A DNA stretch of 32,000 nucleotides from an uncultured Chloroflexia bacterium (GCA_963718915.1 CAVRAI010000013.1:240001-272000), one strand, 5' to 3'; shown: positions 16,643 through 26,319, counted from the first letter of the stretch. Made by a program: numbers and translations. Notes: generated by a model not told the origin, from the sequence alone.

Positions 16643-17494
16643 TCATGTGTGGCGGATCGTTATCGTCAGTGTACCATCCCCAACGATCACGGATTCCACA
16701 AAATCCTGCGCGGGCAGCCGCGCTAGCGAACTGTTCAGCGCGTCCTGCAATTCATCGCCGGTCTCGAACTGCGCCAGCCAGCCCTGCACCTGAGTGTTCT
16801 GCACAAGCAGACGCCCATTGATTGCGACAATGTTCGTGGATATCTTGCCAGGGCTGCCCCACAAGAGATAGGTCATCGTGACCTCACCCGGCACGAAGTG
16901 GACGCGAATATCTTTCATGTCACCCTGATCGTTTTGCGGGTTCCCCGCGCGCGCCTGCCGATTTAACTCCGTGTCGGTAATCTTCCGGGTAATCGGCGCA
17001 TATCCTGTTGGAATGACGGGTATCTTATCAACCTGCGCCGCCAGGCCCGAACGCAGGCTCTGATCTAGAGACCGGTGCAAGGCTGGCCGCACGACAGCCG
17101 CCCATCCACAAGCCATCATCACGATGAGCAGCACCGCCGCAATAGCGAGCGAGATGAGGACGCGCCCCAGGCAGCTTTTACTTTTCGTGTGCGACTGGCT
17201 ACCAGCGGCAGAGCCAAATTGAGGCGCCCCACGCAATGGTGTGGCAGCGACCGTTGACGTTTGTGGTGAAAACTGCTGCGGATAGCCATGCGCCGTCCAT
17301 GCCGCCGTCCGTGTATCGGGTGACAATGGCGGAGGGGCGACCGCGCCTGACGCAGCAATAGTAGGCGTATGGTCGGGAGCTAATCCAAAGGACGAGCCTG
17401 AGTGATACAGTGGCTGGCCACACCCACCGCACATGCGATCACCCGCATCATTCTGCCAACCACACTGCGCACAGCGCACTTTTCCTGGCTGCAT
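16643..17494 (-). CDS. Zinc-ribbon membrane protein, function unknown
   Basis: The N-terminus has CAQCGWQ...CGGCGQP (CxxC-x11-CxxC). A Pro/Ala/Ser-rich segment follows, then one TM helix (VLISLAIAAVLLIVMMACGWAAV) and a ~140-aa C-terminal domain. GAGAGGA lies upstream of the ATG. Confidence 0.6.
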   Translation of the reverse strand: MQPGKVRCAQCGWQNDAGDRMCGGCGQPLYHSGSSFGLAPDHTPTIAASGAVAPPPLSPDTRTAAWTAHGYPQQFSPQTSTVAATPLRGAPQFGSAAGSQSHTKSKSCLGRVLISLAIAAVLLIVMMACGWAAVVRPALHRSLDQSLRSGLAAQVDKIPVIPTGYAPITRKITDTELNRQARAGNPQNDQGDMKDIRVHFVPGEVTMTYLLWGSPGKISTNIVAINGRLLVQNTQVQGWLAQFETGDELQDALNSSLARLPAQDFVESVIVGDGTLTITIRHT

Positions 17495-17604
17495 CGGCGA
17501 CCCATCCTCTCACCCATAGAAAGATTTCTGCCCGCTAGAGGATAACCCTCCAACGAGCAGATGTCTATGGTTATAGCCTGAGAATTCTCTGAGCGTTTGT
17601 CGCC

Positions 17605-18060
17605 TTAGCGGAGCAACTGACGCGCGCGGCTGAGGCCGCGCAGTACGACACTCGGCGCAGACCGCAGGCGGCGGACAATGACCGGCGTGATCGAACCACG
17701 AATCTCATCATACAGGCGCGGAGCCTGGTCGAGCGAATCCAGATCTATCTCACCGCTCCACCGCTCGCGGCTGTAGAGGTCGGTCAGTTCATGGATATTC
17801 GCCTGTTGGTCCGGGAGAACCACCGCCAATTGTTCGGCGTACTCCTTCGGCGTCTGAGCGCGTGAGGGAGGCGCGCCAGCCCAGGTTCCCAGCCGCGCGA
17901 CCCGTGCCAGCGCGCCAGCCGCCGGAGCCAGGCCACGGAACTTGATCCGCCACCAGAAGAGGAATCCAATGATCGCCAGCAAGATGAGCAGGATGACTAC
18001 GCTCATGCCCAGGCCAACACGCACCACTGCGGAATTCTGTGGAGCGTTCTGGTCCACCAT
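17605..18060 (-). pseudogene. Frame-shifted C-terminal segment of the TgpA-like gene (TM helix plus DUF4129-like tail)
   Basis: In another frame (open from 18324), the TM helix VVILLILLAIIGFLFWW is followed by SRAQTPKEYAEQL...LTDLYSRERWSG. That pattern normally forms the C-terminus of TgpA-type proteins. Confidence 0.55.
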
Positions 18061-20002
18061 TGCCAAAGTTAGGATCGGTGACGCCGGTGCCCCGGTTGCC
18101 CCCTGGAGGGGTAGCCACTGTCCCTGTGCCAGTGGCGCCGGGCGTGGTACCTGGGGCAGCATCTTGCGCGCGGAAGAACTTGGTGAACGAGGCGGTCGGC
18201 TCAAAGTTGACCCACCCGTACTTCCCGAAGTAGATCTGCGTCCACATGTGCGCCTGCGTGCCGCGCACAACAAAGTCCTCATGGTCCTGGTCATACGTCC
18301 CATTCGTGAAGCCAAGGGCGACACGGGTCGGCATTCCCAGCGAGCGCCCCATCATCGCCATCGCCGATGCGAAGAAGGTGCAGAAGCCTTTCTTGGTCTG
18401 CAAGAACCAGGCGATAGCATCCTGATCGGCGGGCGGCTCGGGGTTGGTCGTACTGTAGGTAAAGCCAGCGCGCAGGTAATTCTCCAGATGCTCCGCAGCA
18501 TCGTACATGGAGGTCGTACCTTTGGTGGCCTGTAACGCAATCTGTTTAACATACGGGTCTATATGATCCCCTGACGGCAGATAGAGGAGCAGCGCATTAG
18601 AGGGGTACATGGCAGGGTCAGGATTGCTCAGATTGGGATATGGCACCTGAGAGAGCTGGTCGACCGTAGCTGTCGAGACATAGCCCTCCGCAACGTACTG
18701 ATCACCGGCCTGTAACGGGTTGTCTGCCTGCCAGATAGTCCCTTGAGCAGCGTCACCACGGGTCGTGTACGTGGTGTTTACGTTGAAACGGGCTGCCTCA
18801 GCGCCAGGGGCAAACAGATAACTCTCACCGCCCTGTGGCACATTATCGAAGGTGATCGCATACGTGTCTATTTTTGTATCAGCCGAAGAGGGGGGCATTA
18901 ACTGATTCGCGCGAGCGCTTCGTTGCTGCCCAGTCGTTGAGGACCAACTGGCGACTCCATCATAGGAATCATAGGTTTCTGTGATCAGATATTGCGAACC
19001 GTCATCGGCAGGATGAGGTAGCGTGTAATGCAATATCTTCGTATTGGGCAGATTCACCGTTCCCCGCAGACGAAGCGAGGAGTCAAAGAAATTGATGCCT
19101 CCAGGTCCGGAGCCAGTTCCCACCACACCCGCGAATATCTGCGCGAACTTGGTTTGCAGCGTGGTAAGCGGATTCCGCGGTGAGGCAGCCCACTCCTGGA
19201 GTTGTGCGTTCGCCTGACCAACCGGCAAGAGATATGCTACCAACAACACCGCCACGGCAAAGATAGCGCCCGCCTGCATAAAGTCCCAACCGAGATCGGG
19301 CGAGAAGCGCAGGCCGCGAGCCTTCCACTGGCGAATATTCTCGGCCAGGGTAAAGCGCACGAGCAAGAGCAGTGAGACCAGCAGGAAGAGCAGCAGAAAA
19401 ATGAGCTTGTCGGGAGTGGCCCAGTTGAGGTTGATGAGCAGCACCACGCCGTTCGCCAGCACAGCCAGCCACGGACGACGCGTGCGAAGCACCAGCCACA
19501 CGGTGATATAGGCGAGCAAAAACGTCAGAATCCCCAGGAAGAGAAGAAAGACCGTATTATCACTACTCTGCCCCCCGTTCACAATCGCGCGCTGGAACCA
19601 ATTACTGGTATGCTGGAGGAGCAAGAGACGATTGCCGTTGAGTACAGCATCGGCAGTTTGGAGAAATGCGAACACAATGCCCAGACAGACGGCGACAGAA
19701 TGCACCAGCACACCAGGCAAACGTCCCTGCTGTACGGCAAGATACCCTAACAGCAATCCGAGGCTGGTTGTCGCGGTAAGGATTTGCATGCCTGGCGCCC
19801 AGGGCGGCGTGACACTCTCGATACTGAAGACTGTGATGTAGACCGAGAGCGCCAGCAGAATGAGCGTAAACCAGCCGTCCTCCGGGAGAAGTCGCAGCCA
19901 GGGCGCTCGTGGCGCGAGCGGGCGGCGTACATTTGGCGCGTTCTGTACGCTCGGCATACTCTCTACGTTCTGCGACGAAGGTGTTTGCGTAGTAGTTTCC
20001 AT
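17789..20002 (-). CDS. Transglutaminase-like membrane protein (TgpA/DUF3488 type); 3' tail probably out of frame
   Basis: The N-terminus has multiple TM helices. The transglutaminase core is KKGFCTFFASAMAMMGRSLGMPTRVALGF (Cys), AHMWTQIYF (His) and GWVNFEPT. Below about 18050 the ORF tail becomes Gly/Arg/Trp-rich and looks non-native. Confidence 0.7.
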   Translation of the reverse strand: METTTQTPSSQNVESMPSVQNAPNVRRPLAPRAPWLRLLPEDGWFTLILLALSVYITVFSIESVTPPWAPGMQILTATTSLGLLLGYLAVQQGRLPGVLVHSVAVCLGIVFAFLQTADAVLNGNRLLLLQHTSNWFQRAIVNGGQSSDNTVFLLFLGILTFLLAYITVWLVLRTRRPWLAVLANGVVLLINLNWATPDKLIFLLLFLLVSLLLLVRFTLAENIRQWKARGLRFSPDLGWDFMQAGAIFAVAVLLVAYLLPVGQANAQLQEWAASPRNPLTTLQTKFAQIFAGVVGTGSGPGGINFFDSSLRLRGTVNLPNTKILHYTLPHPADDGSQYLITETYDSYDGVASWSSTTGQQRSARANQLMPPSSADTKIDTYAITFDNVPQGGESYLFAPGAEAARFNVNTTYTTRGDAAQGTIWQADNPLQAGDQYVAEGYVSTATVDQLSQVPYPNLSNPDPAMYPSNALLLYLPSGDHIDPYVKQIALQATKGTTSMYDAAEHLENYLRAGFTYSTTNPEPPADQDAIAWFLQTKKGFCTFFASAMAMMGRSLGMPTRVALGFTNGTYDQDHEDFVVRGTQAHMWTQIYFGKYGWVNFEPTASFTKFFRAQDAAPGTTPGATGTGTVATPPGGNRGTGVTDPNFGNGGPERSTEFRSGACWPGHERSHPAHLAGDHWIPLLVADQVPWPGSGGWRAGTGRAAGNLGWRASLTRSDAEGVRRTIGGGSPGPTGEYP

Positions 20003-20046
20003 AGCAATCGCTCCGTTTCGCGGAGAATGGTGAGAACGAGCAGATT

Positions 20047-21243
20047 TTAGCGCGGACCCTGCTCCAGGACATGAACCAGCGGATCGCCGCGCTGCACCGG
20101 AATTACCGGCACCCCCGCCGCAACCAGCATGTCGCGCGTGCGAGCATTGCCTCCCAGTCGCTCATCGAACGACTGTGGATCCATCAGGATGACCAGTGGT
20201 CGCACACCGCGCCGCTGCAAATGATGTAATGCCTGCGGCCAGTCCAGTTCGGTCGAAGGCGTGATAACGATCAGTACCGTGTTGCGCGCCAGGCGCGTCT
20301 CCTGCACAGCAAGCGCCTCGGCCAACGAGAAACGCCGCGTGGCATGAGCCACCGCAAGCAACTCGAGCACACGATCAAGCTGGCGCTCGCCGCGATCCAG
20401 AGACAATCCAGACTCAGCCGTGCCGTTGACCTGCAAGCCGACGGATAGCTCCTGGTGGCGCAACAGATATGCCGAAATGCTGGCAGCCATCGTCACGCCA
20501 TACTCTTCGGTCGAGCTATCACCCTCGCCTGCCTGTGCTTCGCGGTCGAGATCAAGCATGACAGCCACATCAATGGTGGGATCGAGGTCAAACTCTTTCA
20601 CCATAAACTGATTGAGCCTGGCGGTACTCGGCCAGTGAATCCGCGTGAGCGCGTCGCCGGGCACATAATTGCGCACCGTCACGACGTTCGTGGTCGTCTG
20701 TTGCGACCGCTGCGACCCACGTCCGCGTCCCGGCATCAGCCCGGGCACCAATTCAAAGTGTGACAATGGCAGCGTCGGCGGCAAGACAAGCAACTGGTGC
20801 TCGGGAGCCAGCACCAATTCGCGCCGGAATAATCCGAGCGGATCGCCCGTGGTAGCAGTGACTGGGCCGAGCGTGAAGCGCCCGCGTCGACGACACACTG
20901 TCTTCGCCCGCCACGCGATACGTTGATGTGGGCCAACGCTCGACACATAGCCCGCGTGATGGCCGGGGAGGGTCGAACCGTCGGAGACCTGTATCCACAA
21001 CTTCGGAATCACCGAGTGGTTTTCAAGCGTGAGGCTCTCCTCCACGCGCTCGCCCACCTGTGCCCGCCCGCCAAGCGCCGACCGCGCGAACGTAATACCG
21101 CGCACACTCAACGCCAGCCAGACGACCGAAAGCACCAGTGCGCTCAACAGCGCATAGGTCAGCACCCAGAACGGTTGCCACCCTATTCCGACCCCGAGGA
21201 CGAACGTCACCGCGATCAAGAGAATCAGTTGCCAGGGGCGCAT
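20047..21243 (-). CDS. DUF58 domain protein (MoxR-associated, vWA-like)
   Basis: Two N-terminal TM helices are present. VRNYVPGDALTRIHWPSTARLNQFMVKEFD is the DUF58 signature. The gene lies 29 nt downstream of the MoxR gene. Confidence 0.8.
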   Translation of the reverse strand: MRPWQLILLIAVTFVLGVGIGWQPFWVLTYALLSALVLSVVWLALSVRGITFARSALGGRAQVGERVEESLTLENHSVIPKLWIQVSDGSTLPGHHAGYVSSVGPHQRIAWRAKTVCRRRGRFTLGPVTATTGDPLGLFRRELVLAPEHQLLVLPPTLPLSHFELVPGLMPGRGRGSQRSQQTTTNVVTVRNYVPGDALTRIHWPSTARLNQFMVKEFDLDPTIDVAVMLDLDREAQAGEGDSSTEEYGVTMAASISAYLLRHQELSVGLQVNGTAESGLSLDRGERQLDRVLELLAVAHATRRFSLAEALAVQETRLARNTVLIVITPSTELDWPQALHHLQRRGVRPLVILMDPQSFDERLGGNARTRDMLVAAGVPVIPVQRGDPLVHVLEQGPR

Positions 21244-21272
21244 ATGCCCATGCCTTCCTTATCCACCGATTC

Positions 21273-22265
21273 TCATCGGCGGCCATTAAGTGATCCAGGG
21301 CCACCAGGCACGGGCACCAGCCCAAGCACTTCATCGAGCACGGCGGTTGGGGTCACACCGCGCACACGCGCCGCCGGGGCAATAATGAGGCGATGGCTCA
21401 GCGCGGGCTTCACCAGCGCCTTGACATCGTCAGGCGTCACATAATCGTGTCCCTTTAACGCGGCGTACGCCTGTGACCCACGGAAGAGCGCCAACGATCC
21501 GCGCGGGCTGGAGCCGAGATACACTTGCTGATGCTGCCGGGTGGCGGTCACCAGCGAAACGATGTATTCGCGAATCTCCTGATCGACGCGTACCTCGCGT
21601 ATCTGTCGCTGCATAGCGGTCAGCTCATCTGCCGTCAGGATCTGGCCGAGCGAGTCAATCGGATGAACGCGCTGCTGGCGGTCGAGGATGGTCACCTCAT
21701 CGGCAGGGGCTGGGTATCCCAGGCTGATGTTGAGCATAAAGCGGTCAAGTTGCGCCTCTGGCAGTGGAAAGGTCCCCTCATATTCGATAGGATTCTGGGT
21801 CGCCATCACGATAAATGGATCAGGCAACAGATGCGTGTCGCCATCCACGGTAATCTGTCCCTCTTCCATCGCCTCCAGGAGCGCCGACTGCGTCTTAGGC
21901 GTCGCGCGGTTGATCTCGTCGGCCAGCACAAACTGACTCATGATTGGCCCGGCGCGGAACTCGAATTCGCCGCTGCGCTGGTTAAACATCGAAACACCCG
22001 TCACGTCGCTCGGAAGGAGATCGGGCGTAAACTGAATGCGCTTGAAGGTACAGCCGATGGAGCGAGCGATGGCTTTCGTCAGCACGGTTTTGCCCACCCC
22101 TGGCACATCTTCGATCAGCACATGTCCGCGGCAGATCACGGCAATGAGCGTCAGGTGCACGGCGTCGTGCTTACCAACGATGACCTTCTCGACATTCGCG
22201 ATGACGCGCTGTGCGGCGTCGCTGATGTCCGCCACAGACAAAGTGGGACGATCTTCCAGTTTCAC
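21273..22265 (-). CDS. MoxR-like AAA+ ATPase
   Basis: Walker A is DVPGVGKT and Walker B is [24 protein letters not shown]. The longest ORF starts at ATG 22304, which has no SD. The in-frame GTG at 22265 forms a GTGA overlap with the upstream small-ORF stop and gives the usual ~30 aa before VIVGK. Confidence 0.85.
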   Translation of the reverse strand: MKLEDRPTLSVADISDAAQRVIANVEKVIVGKHDAVHLTLIAVICRGHVLIEDVPGVGKTVLTKAIARSIGCTFKRIQFTPDLLPSDVTGVSMFNQRSGEFEFRAGPIMSQFVLADEINRATPKTQSALLEAMEEGQITVDGDTHLLPDPFIVMATQNPIEYEGTFPLPEAQLDRFMLNISLGYPAPADEVTILDRQQRVHPIDSLGQILTADELTAMQRQIREVRVDQEIREYIVSLVTATRQHQQVYLGSSPRGSLALFRGSQAYAALKGHDYVTPDDVKALVKPALSHRLIIAPAARVRGVTPTAVLDEVLGLVPVPGGPGSLNGRR

Positions 22266-22543
22266 GCATGTTCGCGGCCCCTCCGACTGGCGAACACCTG
22301 ACATGGTTCACCAGGCAGCTCATGCAGGCCGCACTCCTTTCTGAACACTCGCTCTACGCACTGGCGGGTGATTTCGCCAGGCACTGCCACACACGCGATT
22401 GTAATTGCGTCATCCATGAAAAGGCCCGTATCGACCTTTATCCTCAATTTTCCGTCACATTGGTCGTTGGCGTCAAATCTCTCGGTATACCGATTCAGTC
22501 GCCGCCAACCGATGAGCGACATTTGTGTCATCTTCTGCTTCAT
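22262..22543 (-). CDS. Candidate small protein (93 aa, Cys-containing), possibly first gene of the MoxR operon
   Basis: The ORF's TGA overlaps an in-frame GTG of the MoxR gene (GTGA at 22262-22265). An extended -10-like TGgTATGAT lies on the minus strand at 22641-22633. I recognise no family and the RBS is weak. Confidence 0.3.
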   Translation of the reverse strand: MKQKMTQMSLIGWRRLNRYTERFDANDQCDGKLRIKVDTGLFMDDAITIACVAVPGEITRQCVERVFRKECGLHELPGEPCQVFASRRGREHA

Positions 22544-22753
22544 CGCCCTTTGTGCAGTTCTGACGAATAGACGCGGTTATCCTTTACGAATGTTCCGAGG
22601 CGGCCCAAGTGAATACGCATACTCTGGGCCACATCATACCAGCGCCAGGGCTTGTCTCGCCGCGCCATCTCAGACGATAATACCAGGCAGAAGGCTGGAT
22701 CGCTGGTTTACTAATGAATACGTACGAGATACACACAGGTAAAGGCAAATCCA

Positions 22754-23947
22754 ATGAACAGCGTTGATGAGCTTCAGGAAACCCTGCGTACCCAACACCT
22801 GGACGGCTGGCTCTTCTTCGACTTTCGCCACTCCAACGCGGTCGCGCTGCGTGTGTTGGGACTCTCGCCCCATGCGTTCTTCTCGCGACGCTGGATGTAT
22901 TATGTACCGTCTAACGGCACGCCGACAAAGCTGGTAAGTTCCGTCGAGTCGCATGTGCTCTCCAACCTGCCGGGCGACACACTGATCTATCGCTCGTGGC
23001 AGGAGTATCGGCAGATGCTGGCGCGGATGCTCGCGGGCGCGAAACAGGTCGCGATGGAGTACGTTCCAGATAACGCCATCCCATACGTCTCACTGGTAGA
23101 CGCGGGCACGGTAGAACTCATCCGGGGGATTGGGCCAGCGGTTGTCTCATCCGCTGACTTCGTCCAGCGCTTCGAGGCAGTCCTGACGCCAGCGCAGATG
23201 GAGTCGCATCGTGTCGCGGGACGCGCGCTCATGGAATCGCTCGACCGGTTGCTGCCGTGGCTGCGCGAGCAACTCATCAGCGACGCGGTGGTGACCGAGC
23301 TGAGCGTGCAGCAGGAGTTCGCCACATTGATGCGCGACGCCGGACTGGCGGTTCCCCCAGATGACAAACCGCTGGTCGCCGTCAACGGGAACGCCGCCAA
23401 CCCGCACTACAGCCCGACCGCCGCGCGCCATGCCATTCTGCGCAAGGGCGATCTGCTGCTGCTCGATTTCAGCGCGCCGCTCGTCGGTGACGAGACCATC
23501 TTTGCCGACTATACCTGGATGGTCTACCTGGGGGAGCAGGTTCCTGAGAGAATCAAGACGCTCTTCAACATCCTGAAGGATGCCCGTGATACCGGCATCG
23601 AGCTGCTCAAGCAGCGCTTCGAGGCGGGGCAGCGCATCGCGGGCTACGAGGTGGACGACGCGGTGCGTGGGGTCATCACCGCCGCTGGCTACGGCGACGC
23701 CTTCCTTCACCGGACAGGCCACAACATCGGTACGCGCGTGCATGGCAACGGCGCTCACCTGGATAATCTCGAAACGCACGATACGCGCCCCCTGCTCGCC
23801 GACACCTGCACGAGCATGGAGCCGGGCATTTATCTGCCTGATGAGGGGCTTGGACTGCGCACCGAGGTGGATATCCTGCTGCTGCCCGATGGCATCGAGG
23901 TAACGGGTGAGCCGCGCCAGAATGAGGTCATTGCGCTGCTGGCGTAG
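22754..23947 (+). CDS. M24 family metallopeptidase (Xaa-Pro aminopeptidase-like)
   Basis: The C-terminal pita-bread ligand pattern is present: LLLDFSAP, ADYTWMVYLG, HRTGHNIGTRVHG and EPGIYLP...GLRTEVDILL. Confidence 0.85.
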   Translation: MNSVDELQETLRTQHLDGWLFFDFRHSNAVALRVLGLSPHAFFSRRWMYYVPSNGTPTKLVSSVESHVLSNLPGDTLIYRSWQEYRQMLARMLAGAKQVAMEYVPDNAIPYVSLVDAGTVELIRGIGPAVVSSADFVQRFEAVLTPAQMESHRVAGRALMESLDRLLPWLREQLISDAVVTELSVQQEFATLMRDAGLAVPPDDKPLVAVNGNAANPHYSPTAARHAILRKGDLLLLDFSAPLVGDETIFADYTWMVYLGEQVPERIKTLFNILKDARDTGIELLKQRFEAGQRIAGYEVDDAVRGVITAAGYGDAFLHRTGHNIGTRVHGNGAHLDNLETHDTRPLLADTCTSMEPGIYLPDEGLGLRTEVDILLLPDGIEVTGEPRQNEVIALLA

Positions 23948-23965
23948 TCGATACGCTGCCAGTGG

Positions 23966-25078
23966 TCAGGATGCGTTTTCCCATGCCTGAGCCATGGTGT
24001 CGCGGTAGCGGTCGAGCCAGAGCCAGAAGGTATCGGCCCAGTGTAGCCGTGAGAGCGCGTCCTCCTCATCGGCGCTGGTCTCGAACTCATCCGGGAATAC
24101 CAGGTCTTCGACGATACCGTTGACGAAGATAATCGGGAAGACGAGGGCCAGCGCATCGGCGAGCAGCGGCGCCTCGCCCTCAGCCGGGGGCGCCTCGCGA
24201 CCATACGCGCCGAGGTAACGGTGAACCCGCAAAATGTCCAACCCATCATCCACCAATGGTGGAGTCGGGCTGATAGCGTCATCCCAGCGCACACCTGTGA
24301 AATAGAGCAGGCTATAGGCCAGTTCGAGGAGGCGAGTATCCCAGCGGGCGGCGTCGAAATCGTAGATCGCGCTGACCTCAGACGAGCCAAACCGGAGATT
24401 GTGCGCCTGAAAGTCGCCGTGGATGTGTAGCTGCGGCGGCGCTGGCTCGACGGCGAGCGCGCTGGCGGCAGCCTCGCGTCGGCCTTCGCATGCCTCGGCG
24501 ATGCGGGTCAGAGCGCTCTTGACCGCAACAGAAGCATCTTCGCGTTGCGCCGCCTGCTGTATCAGGGCAATGTATGAGCTTGCCAGCCCATCAGCCGAGC
24601 GATCCTCAGGCCAGCGATATGGCTGCCATTGGAAGCCTGCCGACGCCTGATGCAGTCTGGCGAGCATACGGGCGGCTGCCTCAAGCTCCGCCTCGCCCGC
24701 GGCGTCTTCGGTGGCGAACTGCCGCCCATCCAGCCATTCCTGCACCTCATAGACGCCGTTATCTGTGATCGCGTGCGTGACGCCATCCGGACGGGCAAGC
24801 AGTCCTGGCACAGGCAAGCCAGCATCCCGCAGGTGCGCCATGAAGGCGTGGCGGAAGCGCAGATCAGCTTCGGAGAGTTCGGGCGACTGCCCGCGCACCA
24901 GATAGCGCTGCCCGCGCACCTCCACCACCGGACGGAGGATGGCGCCAGCCATGCCTGGCACTGCGCCGACGACCCGCACATCTTTGGCCGAGAGTCCCCA
25001 TTCCGCGAGAACCATCAGCGCCTCATCGCGCGCTTCGTTCAGTTCCTCATCCTGTATCACTACGCGCCTCCCGTGCAA
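23966..25078 (-). CDS. Phosphotransferase, APH/choline-kinase-like family
   Basis: The Brenner motif LHIHGDFQAHNLRF (HGDxxxxN) and the metal-binding IYDFDAARW (DFD) are present in a 370-aa ORF. Confidence 0.75.
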   Translation of the reverse strand: MHGRRVVIQDEELNEARDEALMVLAEWGLSAKDVRVVGAVPGMAGAILRPVVEVRGQRYLVRGQSPELSEADLRFRHAFMAHLRDAGLPVPGLLARPDGVTHAITDNGVYEVQEWLDGRQFATEDAAGEAELEAAARMLARLHQASAGFQWQPYRWPEDRSADGLASSYIALIQQAAQREDASVAVKSALTRIAEACEGRREAAASALAVEPAPPQLHIHGDFQAHNLRFGSSEVSAIYDFDAARWDTRLLELAYSLLYFTGVRWDDAISPTPPLVDDGLDILRVHRYLGAYGREAPPAEGEAPLLADALALVFPIIFVNGIVEDLVFPDEFETSADEEDALSRLHWADTFWLWLDRYRDTMAQAWENAS

Positions 25079-25141
25079 CGCACATATGCTCTCGCCTGTT
25101 CATCAATACGATAGCGCATCGAGATGGGCCGCGGAGTGATG

Positions 25142-25150
25142 TGCTACAAT
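25142..25150 (+). promoter_or_regulatory. Extended -10 promoter element upstream of add
   Basis: TGCTACAAT (TGnTAnnAT type) lies 62 nt upstream of the GTG start. No good -35 is present. Confidence 0.4.
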
Positions 25151-25211
25151 CTTGCAAATATTCAGCGCCATTTGGCACGAACGGAAACACGAACGGAATG
25201 AGGAGGAGCGC

Positions 25212-26225
25212 GTGACCTCGCCGAGCATTCTCAACCAGCGACCGGAGATGGCAGAGTTACATGTGCATCTTGGCGGCGCGGTTGACCCGGCCATCATGTG
25301 GAGCATCGCCCATCAGCAGGGCATTCGTCTGCCAAGCAAAGACTACTGGCAATTTGTCGAACTCATCACCGTCAGCTATCCCGACAAGGTCAACAACCTC
25401 GCCGAATACGACCAGATCTTCCGCTGGACCGAGTTGATTCAATCCAGCCCGCTGGCCATCGAGCGCTCCGTCTACGAGGTTATCGGCGGGGCGTATCGCA
25501 AATGCAACATCACGACGCTGGAGCTACGGTTCAACCCGATGAAGCGTAATCGCGAGGGCGAGCAAGACCTGGATCACATTATTTCCGCCGCCATCCGCGG
25601 GCAGGATCGCGCGCTGCTGGAATACCCCAAGATGCGCTCCGGGCTGATTCTGATGATGGATCGCACGTTTCCGCTGGAGCTGAACGCCATCATCGTCGAG
25701 AAAGCGCTGCGCTACCGGGGACGAGGCATCATCGGCATTGACATCGCAGGGCCGCCCAACTCCGATTTCTCCTATCGCGCCCACGCCGACCTGGTGGAAC
25801 AAGCGCGTGACGCTGGACTCGGCGTCACGATCCACACCGGCGAGGAGGGGCGAGTTGAGGATATGTGGGAGGTCGTGGAGTACCTGCGGCCAGATCGTAT
25901 CGGCCACGGCATCCTCTGTGTCTACGATGAGAAGCTGATGCGGCGCGTGGCTGAAACGGGCATCGTGCTCGAGGTCTGCCCGACCTCAAATCTGCGCACT
26001 CGTGCTGTGCGCGATATCGCCGAGATACGCCACATTCTCGATACCATGCGGGCGAACGGGGTGCCGTTCACGATCAACACCGATGGCCCCGATATGCTGA
26101 TGACCACAATTCTCAAGGAGTATCAGTTCTTGCTCCAGCAGGGCATCTTCACCGACGCCGATGTGGTGAGCTGCAATCAGACCGCTATCGACGCCAGCTT
26201 TCTCAATCGGACCTGCCCGGTCTAA
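25212..26225 (+). CDS. add: Adenosine deaminase
   Basis: A GTG start has AGGAGG 5 nt upstream. The TTG at 25152 overlaps the -10 element and is rejected. ADA motifs are ELHVHLGG (HxH), HTGEEG, RIGHGI, EVCPTSN and INTDGP. Confidence 0.85.
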   Translation: MTSPSILNQRPEMAELHVHLGGAVDPAIMWSIAHQQGIRLPSKDYWQFVELITVSYPDKVNNLAEYDQIFRWTELIQSSPLAIERSVYEVIGGAYRKCNITTLELRFNPMKRNREGEQDLDHIISAAIRGQDRALLEYPKMRSGLILMMDRTFPLELNAIIVEKALRYRGRGIIGIDIAGPPNSDFSYRAHADLVEQARDAGLGVTIHTGEEGRVEDMWEVVEYLRPDRIGHGILCVYDEKLMRRVAETGIVLEVCPTSNLRTRAVRDIAEIRHILDTMRANGVPFTINTDGPDMLMTTILKEYQFLLQQGIFTDADVVSCNQTAIDASFLNRTCPV

Positions 26226-26310
26226 ATCTGACTTCGCCTTCAGCCATTCACTTTGTGAAAGAACGAGCAAGTCGGTGAGATCCGTCTTTGCCCGGCGGAT
26301 AGCAATCTTA

Positions 26311-26319
26311 TGCTAGAAT
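26311..26319 (+). promoter_or_regulatory. Extended -10 promoter element upstream of the TIR-TPR gene
   Basis: TGCTAGAAT lies 80 nt upstream of ATG 26399. It has the same architecture as the add element. Confidence 0.4.
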
